A DNA stretch of 64,000 nt from Antedon mediterranea. Lineage: Eukaryota > Animalia > Echinodermata. A program made the position numbers and the translations under genes. The notes beneath the pieces were generated by a model. That model ran no database searches. It was not told the DNA's origin and was given only the letters and a program-made list of their open reading frames with translations. The stretch covers positions 19,114,871-19,178,870 of the forward strand of contig NC_092676.1 in NCBI RefSeq assembly GCF_964355755.1, read 5' to 3'. Below, in pieces: positions 13,301 to 24,776 of this stretch (within the stretch, counting starts at the first letter, position 1; each line of letters starts with the position of its first letter).

Positions 13301-16300
13301 TCCATGCCGTTTATAACGTAATTATAGCCCTATATATCATCCGGTTATATTGCATTTTTTATAAAAACGTTGAATTGTAGTAAGGTTTTAAAATGGCGTG
13401 AAATGGCAGCTAGACGGCATGGACCGGGGCAAGTGGTATTTTTCTGAAATGACTGGACCCTACTCGCCCCAACCCATGTATCGTCATCCCGGTCCATGCC
13501 GTTTATAACGTAATTATAGCCCTATATATCATCCTGTTATATTGCATTTTTTATTTAAAAAAACATTAAATTGTAGTAACGTTTTAAACTGGCGTAAAAT
13601 GATAGCTAGACGGCATGGACCGGGGCAAGTGGTATTTTTCTGAATTGACTGGACTCTACTTGCCCCAACCCATGTATCGTCATCCCGGTCCATGCCGTTT
13701 ATAACGAAGTTATAGCCCTATAAATCATAGCCCTAGTTAATCTAAGCCGTAAGTATAAAATCATTTAAATAAAATATTACACATATTGCGCCCCATACAT
13801 GTGAATGTGAATGTCGAATAAGGATCCAACTTCACAAAAAAAATTGAATATCGAATAAGGAATAAGTAACCAACTTCACGCCGGTCATCCATGAGTGTGT
13901 TGCTATATAATTTGTATTTCCTATTTCTTGGGCTTATAATTTTTTTCAGACTGTAGAATGTTACAGAAATCGTGAAATTCAAATTGGTATGTCTTTTTTT
14001 TTCGTTTTTTTTCAGTTGCAGCATTTTTCACTTTTTATTCTGCGCTACTGGAGGAAATAATCAATAAATTTATTTATTTCCTCCTTGCGTTCCTCGTAAC
14101 AAAAAAGAGGCATTGCACATCTTTACATTTATACATATGTGTATAAATATAGCGCCCTCTATATAATGTGTTGTATATTTTTATTGTTATACTACCCTCT
14201 ATATAAACTTTACATCTCTTTATTTACTTCATATCCTATACAATGAGGAAAACAATTTTTATTAATAAAATAATAATTATTATTATTTTTCAGTGAGTAA
14301 GGAAGGACGTTGTCCAGATGTGTCGGATGGTCAAGTTGGCATCTGCGCTATTACATGTGACAATGATCTGAGCTGTGACAATGAAAGGAAATGCTGTGGG
14401 AATGGTTGTGGAGGTTATGACTGTATGCAACCTATTGAAGGTTACAATAAAATTAGTTTTTTTTAAAGATGAATCAGTGCATGCATGTAATTGTGTTATG
14501 AGGAAAATATCTTCCACCCACTCAGACCCAAAAGCTTATTTATGATTTTCCAGCCATCATAATTGCACCATCCATTCCAAGAAACCTCTAGGTAGCTGAA
14601 AATATTGTTTTATTTTGTTTATCTCATTACATCTCTCTGTCTGTGTGTAACATGAAAATTGTTATTACATAGCACTAACATAGTACAGTAGAACCTTTAT
14701 TTCACGTATGGTACGGGACCGAAAGGCGTACGTAAAGCACGGGATTCGTAAAACACAGGTTCTACTGTACTGTACTGTACTGTACTTGTTTAAATCCTTC
14801 TGATCCCCAATTGAGCTTGGGCAGCTGTACTTTTACTGTATGTCCACTGTTTTATTTCATAGTACCCTATTCCGCTTTATTTTTCCTTTTTACAAAATAT
14901 AAATTTGCCAATTTTATAGTACTTGCTTTGTTTGTTTGTTAGCATGATAGCGCCCACAATTGTCAAGTTATTCTGAATTTTTCGGTGTAAATAGCTATTT
15001 ACTTACAGAACATGCCTATTGAAATTCATTAATAACTTTAAGCAAAATTTGTATTTTTTCAACATGAAATATTAACATTCTGTGGCAATATTATTACATT
15101 TTCAACTCATTTTACACTTATTATTGAAGATTCTGCAATATAAAATAATGAAACAGTTTGGTCTGATAAAGTCCCAAAAATTCTCCTTTTGACTGCCGGA
15201 ATAACCACAAAAAGCTCTATCTGGCCCTTTGTCTAAAAAAGTTGTGGACACATAACATAAGGAGTTTAGTCAATAGTTTTACTGCATATTTTCATTGTCA
15301 TTTATTTGATTAATTCTCAGAGAGAATGTGTCATATTCCTTGCCCAAGGATATATGAACCTGTGTGTGGTTCGGATGGCCAGACGTACAGTAGTGAATGC
15401 ATGCTAAACTTCACAACATGTTCACGCAATCAGGAGTTTGTACACAGGGTGCATGATGGTACATGCCAAGAAAGGGATTTGAACCGAGGAAGTGAAGCCC
15501 TCCTGCGTAAGTAGATTGGATTTTAATGTTATTCCTACGTACTTTACACTTAAATACAAATGCTTACCGTATTTATTCGAGGGAGGAGTGTATTCGGGAG
15601 CAGCATTTATTTCTTTGGGTGTTATATGGTAGCATGTATTATAATCAAATAAATAAATATGAAAAAATACAACACATTTAATATTGAAAAGTGAAAAAAT
15701 GCAGTAAAAATTGTATCAAAATTATTGGTAAATTGTAGATCATGAATTCTACTACAAATAGAAATGTGTGGTAATACAGTATTGTGTATATATGCATGTA
15801 GTGGGGTGTTTATTCGAGAAATAAATAAAGGCCAAGAGCGTTTATTCGAGGAGGCATTTATTCCAACTGATATTCTATGGGGGGGGGGGGCGTTTATTCA
15901 AAATGATGTTCTATGGGGGAGGGGGGGGGGCGGCATTTATTCAAAATGATGTTCTATGGGGGGCGTTTATTCATGCTGTTTAAAACTTTTGCAGGTGGTA
16001 CATGTGAAAGTAGAAGAAAGGAAGCTGAGAAAAAGCCAATGATTGGAGCACAGGTACCACAGTGTGACAGTGATGGTAATTATGAAGCAATGCAATGCTG
16101 GGGGTCTGTTGGTAAATATTAATACATAATATGGTTTCTTTATATTTATAACATTTTTACCAGAACACAAATTCTGAGATATATATATATATATATCAGT
16201 GTACCATGTCCCGCATACCTGGCTCAATGTTTTATGCCAGTTCTGCGGTACATTTCATTTTGAAACCTGAGCTGTACTGACGAGATCTAATAAGATCGAA

Positions 16301-17281
16301 ACAATACTGTCTGCAGATTAGATATATATATATATGGTAACAGGACGATTCGGCCCTTGGACCATTCGGCCCGGGACGATTTGGCCCTGAGACGATTCGG
16401 CATACTTAAATTTAACGGCTTTGATATGCATTTTATAAAATAAGCTTTTACCCAAACTTTATTTTCAGAAACACGATAGGGTAGTCCTACTAGGAATAAA
16501 GATGCAATAAAGCAAACATTTTGAAAACATTGTCGAAAATGATCATTTTTTAGTCACGCGAACGATGTAAACAAGTTACGCCCTCTGTTGGCCGCAACAG
16601 AAACAAGGTTTTCGAAGTAATAAATTGAATATAAAATTACGGTTTTTTAATTTATTATATATATTATATCAAGATTGTCAATATCAATAAAATACGGATT
16701 GTTTTAAACACCTTTAAAAACTTGATAAATACCAACAAAAATTAATATGAATTTGATCTAAAGTGAGACGTTTCGGCCCACAAAGTGGGATGTTTCGGCT
16801 CAAAAGTGGGCCGAATCGTCCCATCAAAAAGGCCGAATCGTCTTATGGCCGAATCGTCCTGGAACCATATATATAGAGGAGTGAGTGGCCAAGTGTTTTT
16901 GAACCGTAATCTGTATCCCGATGGAGGAGGCTCACTCGTTCCATGGTTCTGGTGGTAAACGAGTCTTTTCGAATAAGGACTATAAACCGTAGGTCCCGTG
17001 TACACACTTTAAAGAACTTGGTACATCTTAGAAGATGAATAGAATGTTACCCTGGTGTAATAGCTCATACAACCACTGTCATAGACAGACAAAGAAGCAT
17101 GTAGTTGAATAGTGTAACATCTAAGTCCACAGCGCCATGAGCAATTGGAATTTCTAATATTTTCTCAGGTATGTGTTGGTGCGTTGATGAGCAGGGGGAG
17201 AAACTGTCTGAACCAGAGAGAGGTACACTTTCAGCTGAACATTGCCAGAAATTGAGAAACAAACTTGAAAACAGTCCTTAA
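1394..17281 (+). CDS. Secreted multidomain protease inhibitor: signal peptide + WAP (four-disulfide core) + Kazal + thyroglobulin type-1 domain, 214 aa, 6 coding exons
   Basis: Exons: 1394-1438 ([15 protein letters not shown], accATGG context, gtaagt donor); 13950-13986 ([12 protein letters not shown]); 14294-14440 (WAP, 8 Cys: [37 protein letters not shown]); 15321-15506 (Kazal: [28 protein letters not shown]); 15995-16111 and 17169-17281 (TY: [34 protein letters not shown]). Intron phases (0,1,1,1,1) are compatible and the total is 645 nt. Exons 3-6 are firm; exons 1-2 are inferred from splice sites and signal-peptide character. Confidence 0.85.
1855..8957 (+). repeat. Left tandem array of ~194-200 bp units (about 36 copies)
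   Basis: Unit TATAGGGCTATAATTACGTTATAAACGGCATGGACCGGGATGACGATACATGGGTTGGGGCGAGTAGGGTCCAGTCATTTCAGAAAAATACCACTTGCCCCGGTCCATGCCGTCTAGC...TGCAATATAACCGGATGA is repeated head-to-tail. Copy number is estimated as length divided by unit size. Confidence 0.95.
8966..13725 (-). repeat. Right tandem array of the same ~195 bp unit in inverted orientation (about 24 copies)
   Basis: After ...GATGACGATAC|GTGAGTAA| at ~8957-8965 the sequence switches to the reverse complement of the unit and stays inverted up to the right TIR. Confidence 0.95.
14686..14767. mobile_element. Tc1/mariner-type MITE (82 bp)
   Basis: TA|CAGTAGAACCT ... AGGTTCTACTG|TA: terminal inverted repeats with a TA target duplication. Confidence 0.6.
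16336..16866. mobile_element. Non-autonomous DNA transposon with subterminal GACGATTCGGCC repeats, inserted in a (TA)n tract
   Basis: Left end GGTAACAGGACGATTCGGCC; right end GGCCGAATCGTCCTGGAACC. There are 3-4 subterminal copies of the motif at each end and (AT)n on both flanks. Confidence 0.75.
16875..17060 (+). mobile_element. SINE relic with a Meta/Deu-type conserved central domain
   Basis: GTAAACGAGTCTTTTCGAATAAGGACTATAAACCGTAGGTCCCGTG...TTAAAGAAC...GAATAG..TGTTACCCTGGTGT resembles the conserved SINE core as recalled; there is an A-box-like GTGGCCAAGTG at the 5' end. Confidence 0.45.
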
Positions 17282-19433
17282 ATCTGCAACAGAATTATGC
17301 ATCCAGAATTCAATACTTGTCAATGTCCTAAATTAACAAAATTGATCGCTACAATATATTTTCTAGCTTATTAACTATATATGGTGTATAATTATAAATG
17401 TAAAATGCAGATAACCAAATTTCAAATTTTTAATTAGGAGATCTAGATAGGATGGCAAGTCTACCTTGAAAGTAATTTTAGTTGTACATTATGTATGAAT
17501 GTCATACGTGAGCGTTGATGCAAGTTTAACTATAGGTATGACACGCCATCTATGCCAAAATGCTTCTCTTTTTACAAGTATTAATCTACAACTTAGACTC
17601 TAGGCATTATTATTCACTCTACTATTTATACAATTACTGTATGTAATATTCTGGTGATTTTAGGTGATAGTAGCCTACTGTGTTAAAGGGAGGTCTTATT
17701 ATACATTGCACACCTCCCAACCCTCCAGATGGCGGGACTCTCCCAATATTTTGAGTCATCTCCCGCTCTCCAGTTAAAATGCAAGTTCTCCCGATATTTT
17801 GGATAAACCAAAACAATTGCCCGATATGCATAAATTCTAATACTCTAGAGATTGGATAAGGGAATAAAAAAGATACTAATATCGGTAATATTAACTTTAA
17901 TAAGTGAATATAATGCCCTTGGCACGCCTAACATGCCCTTGTTTATTAGATACCAATATTTTTAGCTTTTATATAGCGCCCTCTATGGTTTGATATACTG
18001 TTATAGCACCCTCTATAATTTTATAAAACCTCCCATCATTTTTCCGAGCTGGATGGTCTGACATTGCCAAATTGTCGATTATACGAATGTTTTGATTGCA
18101 TACAAAAGTATAGAAAAAGATTTTTAATAAATTTTACCGGCGTTTTGGTATTTTTTTTTTTTTTAGATAAGTTACTGTATTTCTTGTAGATTTTATGTTG
18201 AGGTGCAATAGGGAATGCCCTAATTTATAATAATACCTGCTACTTTATAGTAATAAAAGTATATTTCTTAAAAAATTAATATTGTACGAGTCATTTTTCG
18301 CGCCGCTGCTCTAGCCAGCTATGTCCCATGAGGACATTATTCATTAATAAGCTGTTATCTTAGACCGACAGTTTTGCGAATTTGGAAACTCGACTATAAT
18401 TTATAGGTCCCAGCTGCTGGACCCAAAAAACGTCTGGGAAAAGACAGTCTATGAGGTATCACGGTTGAACAATTTTGGATTCTTGCCCTTTGATTGGTTG
18501 ACGCGAATCAGCAGATTGTAGAAGAATTTTCACTTGTACCACACACGTTGTCTCTTCAGTTGCATGCCTAGAAACAGTTCAGGTTCGGGTTGAGGTCACA
18601 CACAAACAGGCTACAGCACATTTAAGTTCAAAATTGACCATTTTTAAATGCCATTTTTGAATTAGTAGATTAATATTTGTTGGCAAGTAATACATTGTTG
18701 GAAATGTACAGGTACTTTCAAATGCTGTGTATACAATTAACTAGTACAAAAATGGGCATGTGATTCATAATTAAATAACTATCTGTGATTTGTATGTATT
18801 TTTGCGATTAAAGGACATCTTTTTAATACTTAATAATAAATTAATCAAAAGAAAAATGATTAATTTTAAAATGTCTAGCGGCGTTTTTTGTAAGAAATAT
18901 TACTTGTTTAACCAATGTTAATATGTATTATATGACTCACTGTCTCTGTATTCTAGAAAAAAAAGGTAGAGCTTTCATTGCATAAAATTCTTATTTGTAA
19001 AAATAATAGTATCATTCATTTGTATATTATAGCAAAATATTATTGTGTATTTCCTTATACTTATTTTACACCACAGTACAAGTAAAAATGTGTTGAGTTG
19101 ATCCGGAATTGTGTAGCCCTAATTCCGGATTAATAAAGTAGATGTAACAAATTCATTCATTCATTCACATTTATTTAGTTTTACATAAAAATAAAACACA
19201 GCCTAAATAAAATAACAATCTTGAAACGGGTTTATTTTAGATCGGCAATGTAACAGATTAACTGATTGAGAAGGAGTCCCAGTTAAAGCTTAGTTCACAC
19301 TAGAAGAAAATTCTGCCGCAACGTAAGAATATACTCTTCTACCAATTTCGCGTTCCCTCTTACGAGAAGTTGAATCTTCGAAGCAGAAAACGGTGTTCAA
19401 TATAATACAGTACGTCTACCGGCACCGTGTTTA

Positions 19434-20232
19434 AAGCGTGGTTCCCACTAGAGCGCAACGCAGCGACGTATATCGACGCAAAGTGCTGTATTGCGTAATC
19501 ACAAGTGGGAACCGACGACGCAATAGTGCTGCAAACATCGAAGGTTTGATTTCACGCAGGCGGGGGAAAACACAATTATTGGAATGGTATTTTCTTACGT
19601 TGCGTAGGTTGCGTCGCTAGTGGGAACCAAGCTTTACGTTGCGTCTAGGTCTTCTTGGTTCCCACTAACAGGCTTACCCCTTTCACACCAAAACTCCGCA
19701 GTGATCTCCGGAGACAACCCGAGATTTTTGATCATCAAGACGTCGATAAACTTCGCAACGCAAGGACAATCACAACGCAAGCGAGTTGACCAATCACAAG
19801 TGACTGTTCCAATAATGAATCACTTGTGATTTTTTAAGCTTAGTTCCCACTATGACGCAACGCATGGACGCAAACGTGTTGACCAATGACAAGCGACAGT
19901 CGAATAAATCCATCGCTTCGCTTGGTCAAATCCCTTAAGCGTGGTTCCCACTAGCGACGCAACACAAGGACGTAACGCAACCCAAGTGAATTGACCAATC
20001 ACAAGCGATGGCTTATTCGCTTGTGATTGCTAACTGTCTATAACTTCGCTTTTCATTGATTAAAACGTTCGCGTTGCGTTTACGTCCTTGCGTTACGTTC
20101 TAGTGGGAACCACGCTTTACGTTGCGTTACGTCCTTGCGTTGTGTCTCTAGTGGGAACCAAGCAATTGTTTACGTTGCGCTAACGTCGTTGCGTTACATC
20201 CCAGTGGGAACCAAGTTTTTAGTGGGAACCAA
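19434..20232. mobile_element. Cluster of nested PIF/Harbinger-like palindromic MITEs (TIR AGC(G/T)TGGTTCCCACTAG)
   Basis: Several left ends (about 19434, 19657, 19838, 19938) and right ends AGTGGGAACCA(A/C)G (about 19633, 20117, 20163, 20215, 20232). Internal ACGCAACGCAAG / GACCAATCACAAG palindromic motifs; TTA/TAA flanks. Confidence 0.75.
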
Positions 20233-20580
20233 GAAGAAGGCTACTCATATATATAGGCCTATATATACCGGTACAGTATATATATATTGCATATCAAGTA
20301 GGCGGTCTGAGTTCGAGTCTCGGCTGGGGCGACTTTTTCTCATTCTCACAGATTTCCTCATCTTTATCGTTTCAAATTAATTAATTAAATTTCAGTATAT
20401 CATCACCGGGCGGTTTCGAATTATTGTTCATTGCCTAATGTGTTTATATATAATATATGTAAAAGGTGGAATTGCTTAAAGTTTATGGCAATGGCTTAAC
20501 CTTCCTGACTTGCATTCAGATTGAAATGTTGAGAAACAATGTTTTGGTATGTTTAAAAAAATGATACGCTGTGCTAAATC

Positions 20581-20713
20581 CTTTTGATATTCAAATCTTA
20601 TTGTTAATAATCAGTATAAGTATAACGTCGTTGTCAATGCAGTCCTGTTGGTTCAACACACTGATACTAGCGCTTCATTCCTGTTACTCCGACAGTCTCC
20701 TCAATTGTAAAAG
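20581..20713 (+). promoter_or_regulatory. Promoter and non-coding first exon of Cys-loop peptide gene A
   Basis: CTTTTGATATTCAAATC motif, TATA-like TATAAGTATAA, then donor AAAG|GTAAGAG at 20713. Homologous to the blocks at 23752-23865 and 36568-36699. Confidence 0.6.
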
Positions 20714-20932
20714 GTAAGAGATACGATTTTTTTATTCCAAAAACTTCTTTAAAAGTTGTAACAACTGTGCGTGTAGGAAAAGGAAAGCAAAAATTGTCAA
20801 ATATAATACAGAGACCGAAAATAAATGGAATAGAATTATAATGGCCTTACTTACACATGTATTTATAATGTAAATATAGGTTTAAGCAATCTACTGTTTG
20901 CTTCGTCATATCATAATAGGCCTATATCGTTA

Positions 20933-21119
20933 AGGCCAATTTACACAGACGAGCGGTAAGGTAAGCGTGATTGTCTCGCGTAGAATCTGTATCAAGCGCC
21001 CGTCTGCTCCGTGTTTCGTACGCGTCATAAGAAATAACATAATAGAGGAAATATATACATAGATTCTATATTTTTGTTGTCCGCTTTAGCTTTACCGCTT
21101 GTAATGTGTAAATTGGCCT
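20933..21119. mobile_element. PIF/Harbinger-like MITE (family 2)
   Basis: TTA|AGGCCAATTTACACAG ... TGTGTAAATTGGCCT|TTA. Related copies at 32045-32228 and, partially, from 28650. Confidence 0.75.
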
Positions 21120-21795
21120 TTACAAATGACTTCATACTGCTCTGACGAGATGTATGGCTAACGAATATTCGATTTCTATAGGCCCTATGTGCCTTATTTG
21201 ACGAAAAAGTTTAAAAGAGTTATCTAATTTTTGTTTTTAATTATCATTAGTACATCATGTCTGTCAATGCAGTCCAAGTTAAGAGTTCAGTACGTACGAA
21301 TACGAACTATAATCTATACTTCTTCGATATACGTAATTGTTGGTTTGATAAATTATATAAATCATTTTCCGTAAATCTATTCATATTGGTATTTCCAAGG
21401 CCGGATAACATACACTTTTCTGGGATTTACATATACAATACAATAATAAACATAAAAACCAAAATGCATAGGGGTATAGAAGGAGATTAAGCCACGTCAA
21501 GACCTGCAGTACGTTAACATTTTTCACATTTTATGATGGAAATTGTTGTCATCATGAAGGACTCTACACATTTTTCTGGCTGTTTTACTTTATCGTTGAT
21601 TTAGCTGTTTCATTCTGTATATTCATTGAGATTCAGCCACTGATACCCACAGTATTGTCGGGTTTTCCCACAGTTATTTGCCTTTTGCAAACAAGTAGTA
21701 ATATTTTTAGATATAGAAATTGCATATTATACAATTATTTGTATATCAACACTCTTTCATTTACAGTTGGCTAGGCCTAAAGAAGATTAAGTGAA

Positions 21796-23091
21796 ATGGA
21801 TGTCCGAATAACTGTTTTATGCGTACTATTAGCACTGGTTTTTGTGGGCGTACAAGCCCAACCCCCGCCAGGCTACTGTAGGTAAGTAGGCCTAACCATT
21901 TTTATTATACATTGACGGTGGCGAATCAAGGATTGTAAGGGGGTTTGGTGTGGGTTTCTTTAGTGCCTTTTGCATTTAATAAAAAATATCAAAATATTGA
22001 AGTTTAATTGAACATATTTAATGTTTGTGAGTAGAATGCTTATTTTCAACTAGCGAAAATTAGAGCTGGTTACGGTGGTTGATTCCCATTGAAAATAAAA
22101 TGTTGATCATGTAAAATTGGATTTTGACCACTGGAGTTGGTTTCCTCTAAGCTAAGCTCAATTGACGATGGTTTTGACTAGGACGCAACAACCCCACGAC
22201 GTAAGCGCACCGCAAGTAACTTGACCAATCACGACGCGCTGGATTATTTGAACTGTCGCTTCGTGATTGGTCAACTCACTTGCGTTGCGCCTACGTCGTG
22301 CGTTGCTCCTACATCGTCGTGTTACATCCAAATTGAAACCAATCTTAAGTAGACTGGTAGATTGTTGCATTGTTAAAATGGGAGATAAAAAGAAAGAGAA
22401 AAAATAGACATGTGATATGAAAACTTAACAATGGTAAAACTTAAAATATATATGATACGAAATTAACTTAACAATGGTAAAACTTAAAATATTTGATACG
22501 AAATTAACTTAACAATGGTAAAACTCTATTATATGGGAACCTACTATCTTTTCCGTTGGCAATGTTTTGACCGGGACTAAAATGGAATAGCCTTTTTCAA
22601 GGATGCTGTCTATGTGGCTAAAATTTTTTTCTCGAGAATACGAGCCGTAGTGATCTAATAATGTATATACTAATTATACAAGACGTGTTTTTTACTTCAG
22701 TTTTTTTTTTACTTTTATCAGTGGCATCACCGGCAATCGCCCACCAGAATGCACTGGTCTGATAGGTAAAAAGAGTCTATTACACGCATTACTCCAAAGG
22801 TTCGTCACAATTTTTATTTCAACTTAACCGATTAAACAACGATTATTTGGATAGATATTTTAATTTGGTTGAACTTCTTATCAAACATAATCAAAATATT
22901 TTAGGTTATTGGAAAGACAAGAGGAGGAGGAAGAGAAAGAGGAAAAAGAGGAGCGTAATGCACCGGTAAATGAAAGACATTACCATGCCCAAGACACAAG
23001 AGAATATGACGTTGAACAAGAACAGGAAATTCGTCTTTTAGATTTTCTGCTTGCCAACAATGGAAAGAGAAACTTCTATAAAAAGAAGTAA
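21796..23091 (+). CDS. Secreted prepropeptide A (116 aa): signal peptide + disulfide-looped amidated peptide QPPPGYCSGITGNRPPECTGLI(GKK) + acidic C-terminal region
   Basis: Exons 21796-21881, 22722-22799 and 22905-23091, with two phase-2 GT-AG introns: MDVRITVLCVLLALVFVGVQA-QPPPGYCSGITGNRPPECTGLI-GKK-SLLHALLQRLLERQEEEEEKEEKEE...QDTREYDVEQEQEIRLLDFLLANNGKRNFYKKK*. Two paralogs with the same exon layout lie in the window. Confidence 0.85.
22155..22345. mobile_element. Degenerate Harbinger-like palindromic MITE (same family as 19434-20232) in an intron of gene A
   Basis: GACGCAAC..GACCAATCACGA..TCGTGATTGGTCAACTCACTTGCGTTGCG internal palindrome. Confidence 0.55.
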
Positions 23092-23751
23092 TGAGATCAA
23101 ACAAAAGTATACCAAGACACTAGACAATCTGACGATAGATACTTTTATTCACAGATAGGACATTTTGATGAACTTTTTGTTGAAGAAATATCATCTTATA
23201 GTATACATTTCATTAATATATGAAATTTCTTCTTGGTGGTGGGAACGACTAAGGTAAAAGATTCGAAGTGTTACTATTTTTGTGTTTATTTGACACGGCA
23301 CAGTGCTTGAATGTATTGACAATCATCGATATATTTGTAGCTCATATCAACTCTATTTTATTTGGTCAAAAGGCCCAACAATGAGAACTTTTAACTGTAA
23401 AATCCTAATACTTATATGTTTATAATTATTATAGGCCTATATTTCCTAAATGTATCCGTTACTGTATTTTAACCATCCTGCTATTGGCGTTGGGTTTTGT
23501 AATTTAAAATTTCGAAAATAAAAATGAAAAACAATCATTTTACATTAGACAACTTTCTATTTGTTTTAACGGGGCTTCTTTAATTTAGAGGTTAGCGCAC
23601 CTCTGGCGGAGATATGGCTGAGATTTCCTATACATTTAGGTTAATGCAAAACTCATTTTAGTATTCCAAAATTGCTTTGGATGACGTAAGCAGTTTTGGT
23701 GGAAAGTTCAGAAACGACTTGTATGGGTAGGATACACACCTGTACTGAAAC

Positions 23752-23865
23752 CTTTTCATATTCAAATCTTATTGTAAATGATCAAAATATAACAGTCGTC
23801 CTATTCGACACACACTGGTTCTGTGTCATATCCCGGTTGGCGGTTGCGTTCTAAACTCCTCTCAG
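23752..23865 (+). promoter_or_regulatory. Promoter and non-coding first exon of Cys-loop peptide gene B
   Basis: CTTTTCATATTCAAATCTTATTGT..AATATAACAGTCGT ... CTCAG|GTAAGAGATA. The downstream intron also aligns with that of gene A (TGCAAATTGTCAAATATA). Confidence 0.6.
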
Positions 23866-24776
23866 GTAAGAGATAAAGACGTATTTTTTTTAAATTCAAA
23901 ATGTCTTTAAAATGTTTTCGACTAATTGTAAAGACTGCACGTATAGCAGTAAAGTGCAAATTGTCAAATATATACACAAATAAAACGTAAAGTAACGCAC
24001 CCCCTACAGGATAGTGGAATGAAAATGCATTGATAATGTAGGCATATATGCAACATTTCAAGCCACTTTCTTTTAAAGAACGCTTTGTCGTAGGCCTATA
24101 TTTTACTTCTGGTTTCGTGTATCTCATTTGTATTATATATTATATTGTATAAGTATACAGTGCCTAATGGTAATGTGAAAAGAATATTTGATTTTTATTG
24201 TAGAACTATCAACTAAAAAATGGTTTCTTAAGGCCCATGGCCTACACAACGATTGACGATAAATAGGCTAGATAAACATACATTTTTGTTGAATAAAACA
24301 AAGGAAATTAGAACAGTTTTCATTCTAGAACTATAGGATAATCGTGCATGCTGTATTTGATAAAAATAATATTTTTGAAAATCCAATCAAATGACGTCCA
24401 TCTATAAAACTAAAATCGTTGTATTGTAACTGTAGTATTGCTCTTACTAATCATGACGTCATTTGATTGAACGTGTGTAAATATTATTGTTTAAAATGTA
24501 TATTTCTTATTATAAATATAAACGTTTATATATTATAATCGCAATAATAACTTCTTTAGTTCGTTTGCTCGTAAATCGCACGGGAAAAAAAAATGGTAGA
24601 TTTAAAAAAACCGATACAAAACGTAAAAACTACAAAAAAATCATGTGACAACACACATAAATAGTATACTAATGACCAAATAATTTGAAGTTACCATTCA
24701 TTTTTTTTTTGTCTTGAAAAATATTTAAATAATCATGGACCACTGTTTCATTGTACAGTAAAGAAAATCAAGCAAA

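Larger units (their letters stand above)
1697..13885. mobile_element. Non-autonomous Foldback/MULE-like DNA transposon (12,189 bp) made almost entirely of long modular inverted repeats
   Basis: Ends ACCGGCGTGAAGTTGG... and ...CCAACTTCACGCCGGT are reverse complements over ~160 bp of unique sequence (about 2 mismatches seen). A perfect 9-bp direct repeat CATCCATGA flanks it at 1688-1696 and 13886-13894. The inner parts are tandem arrays in opposite orientation. No transposase ORF. Confidence 0.9.

Noticed and set aside
1855-13725. CRISPR-like appearance of regularly spaced palindromic repeats
   Set aside because: The sequences between the palindromes are themselves repeated rather than unique spacers, the context is eukaryotic, and there are no cas genes.
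21859-21879. QPPPGYC resembles the start of orexin-A (QPLPDCC)
   Set aside because: Orexins have two disulfides and a longer helical C-terminus; these peptides have one disulfide and are 22-23 aa.
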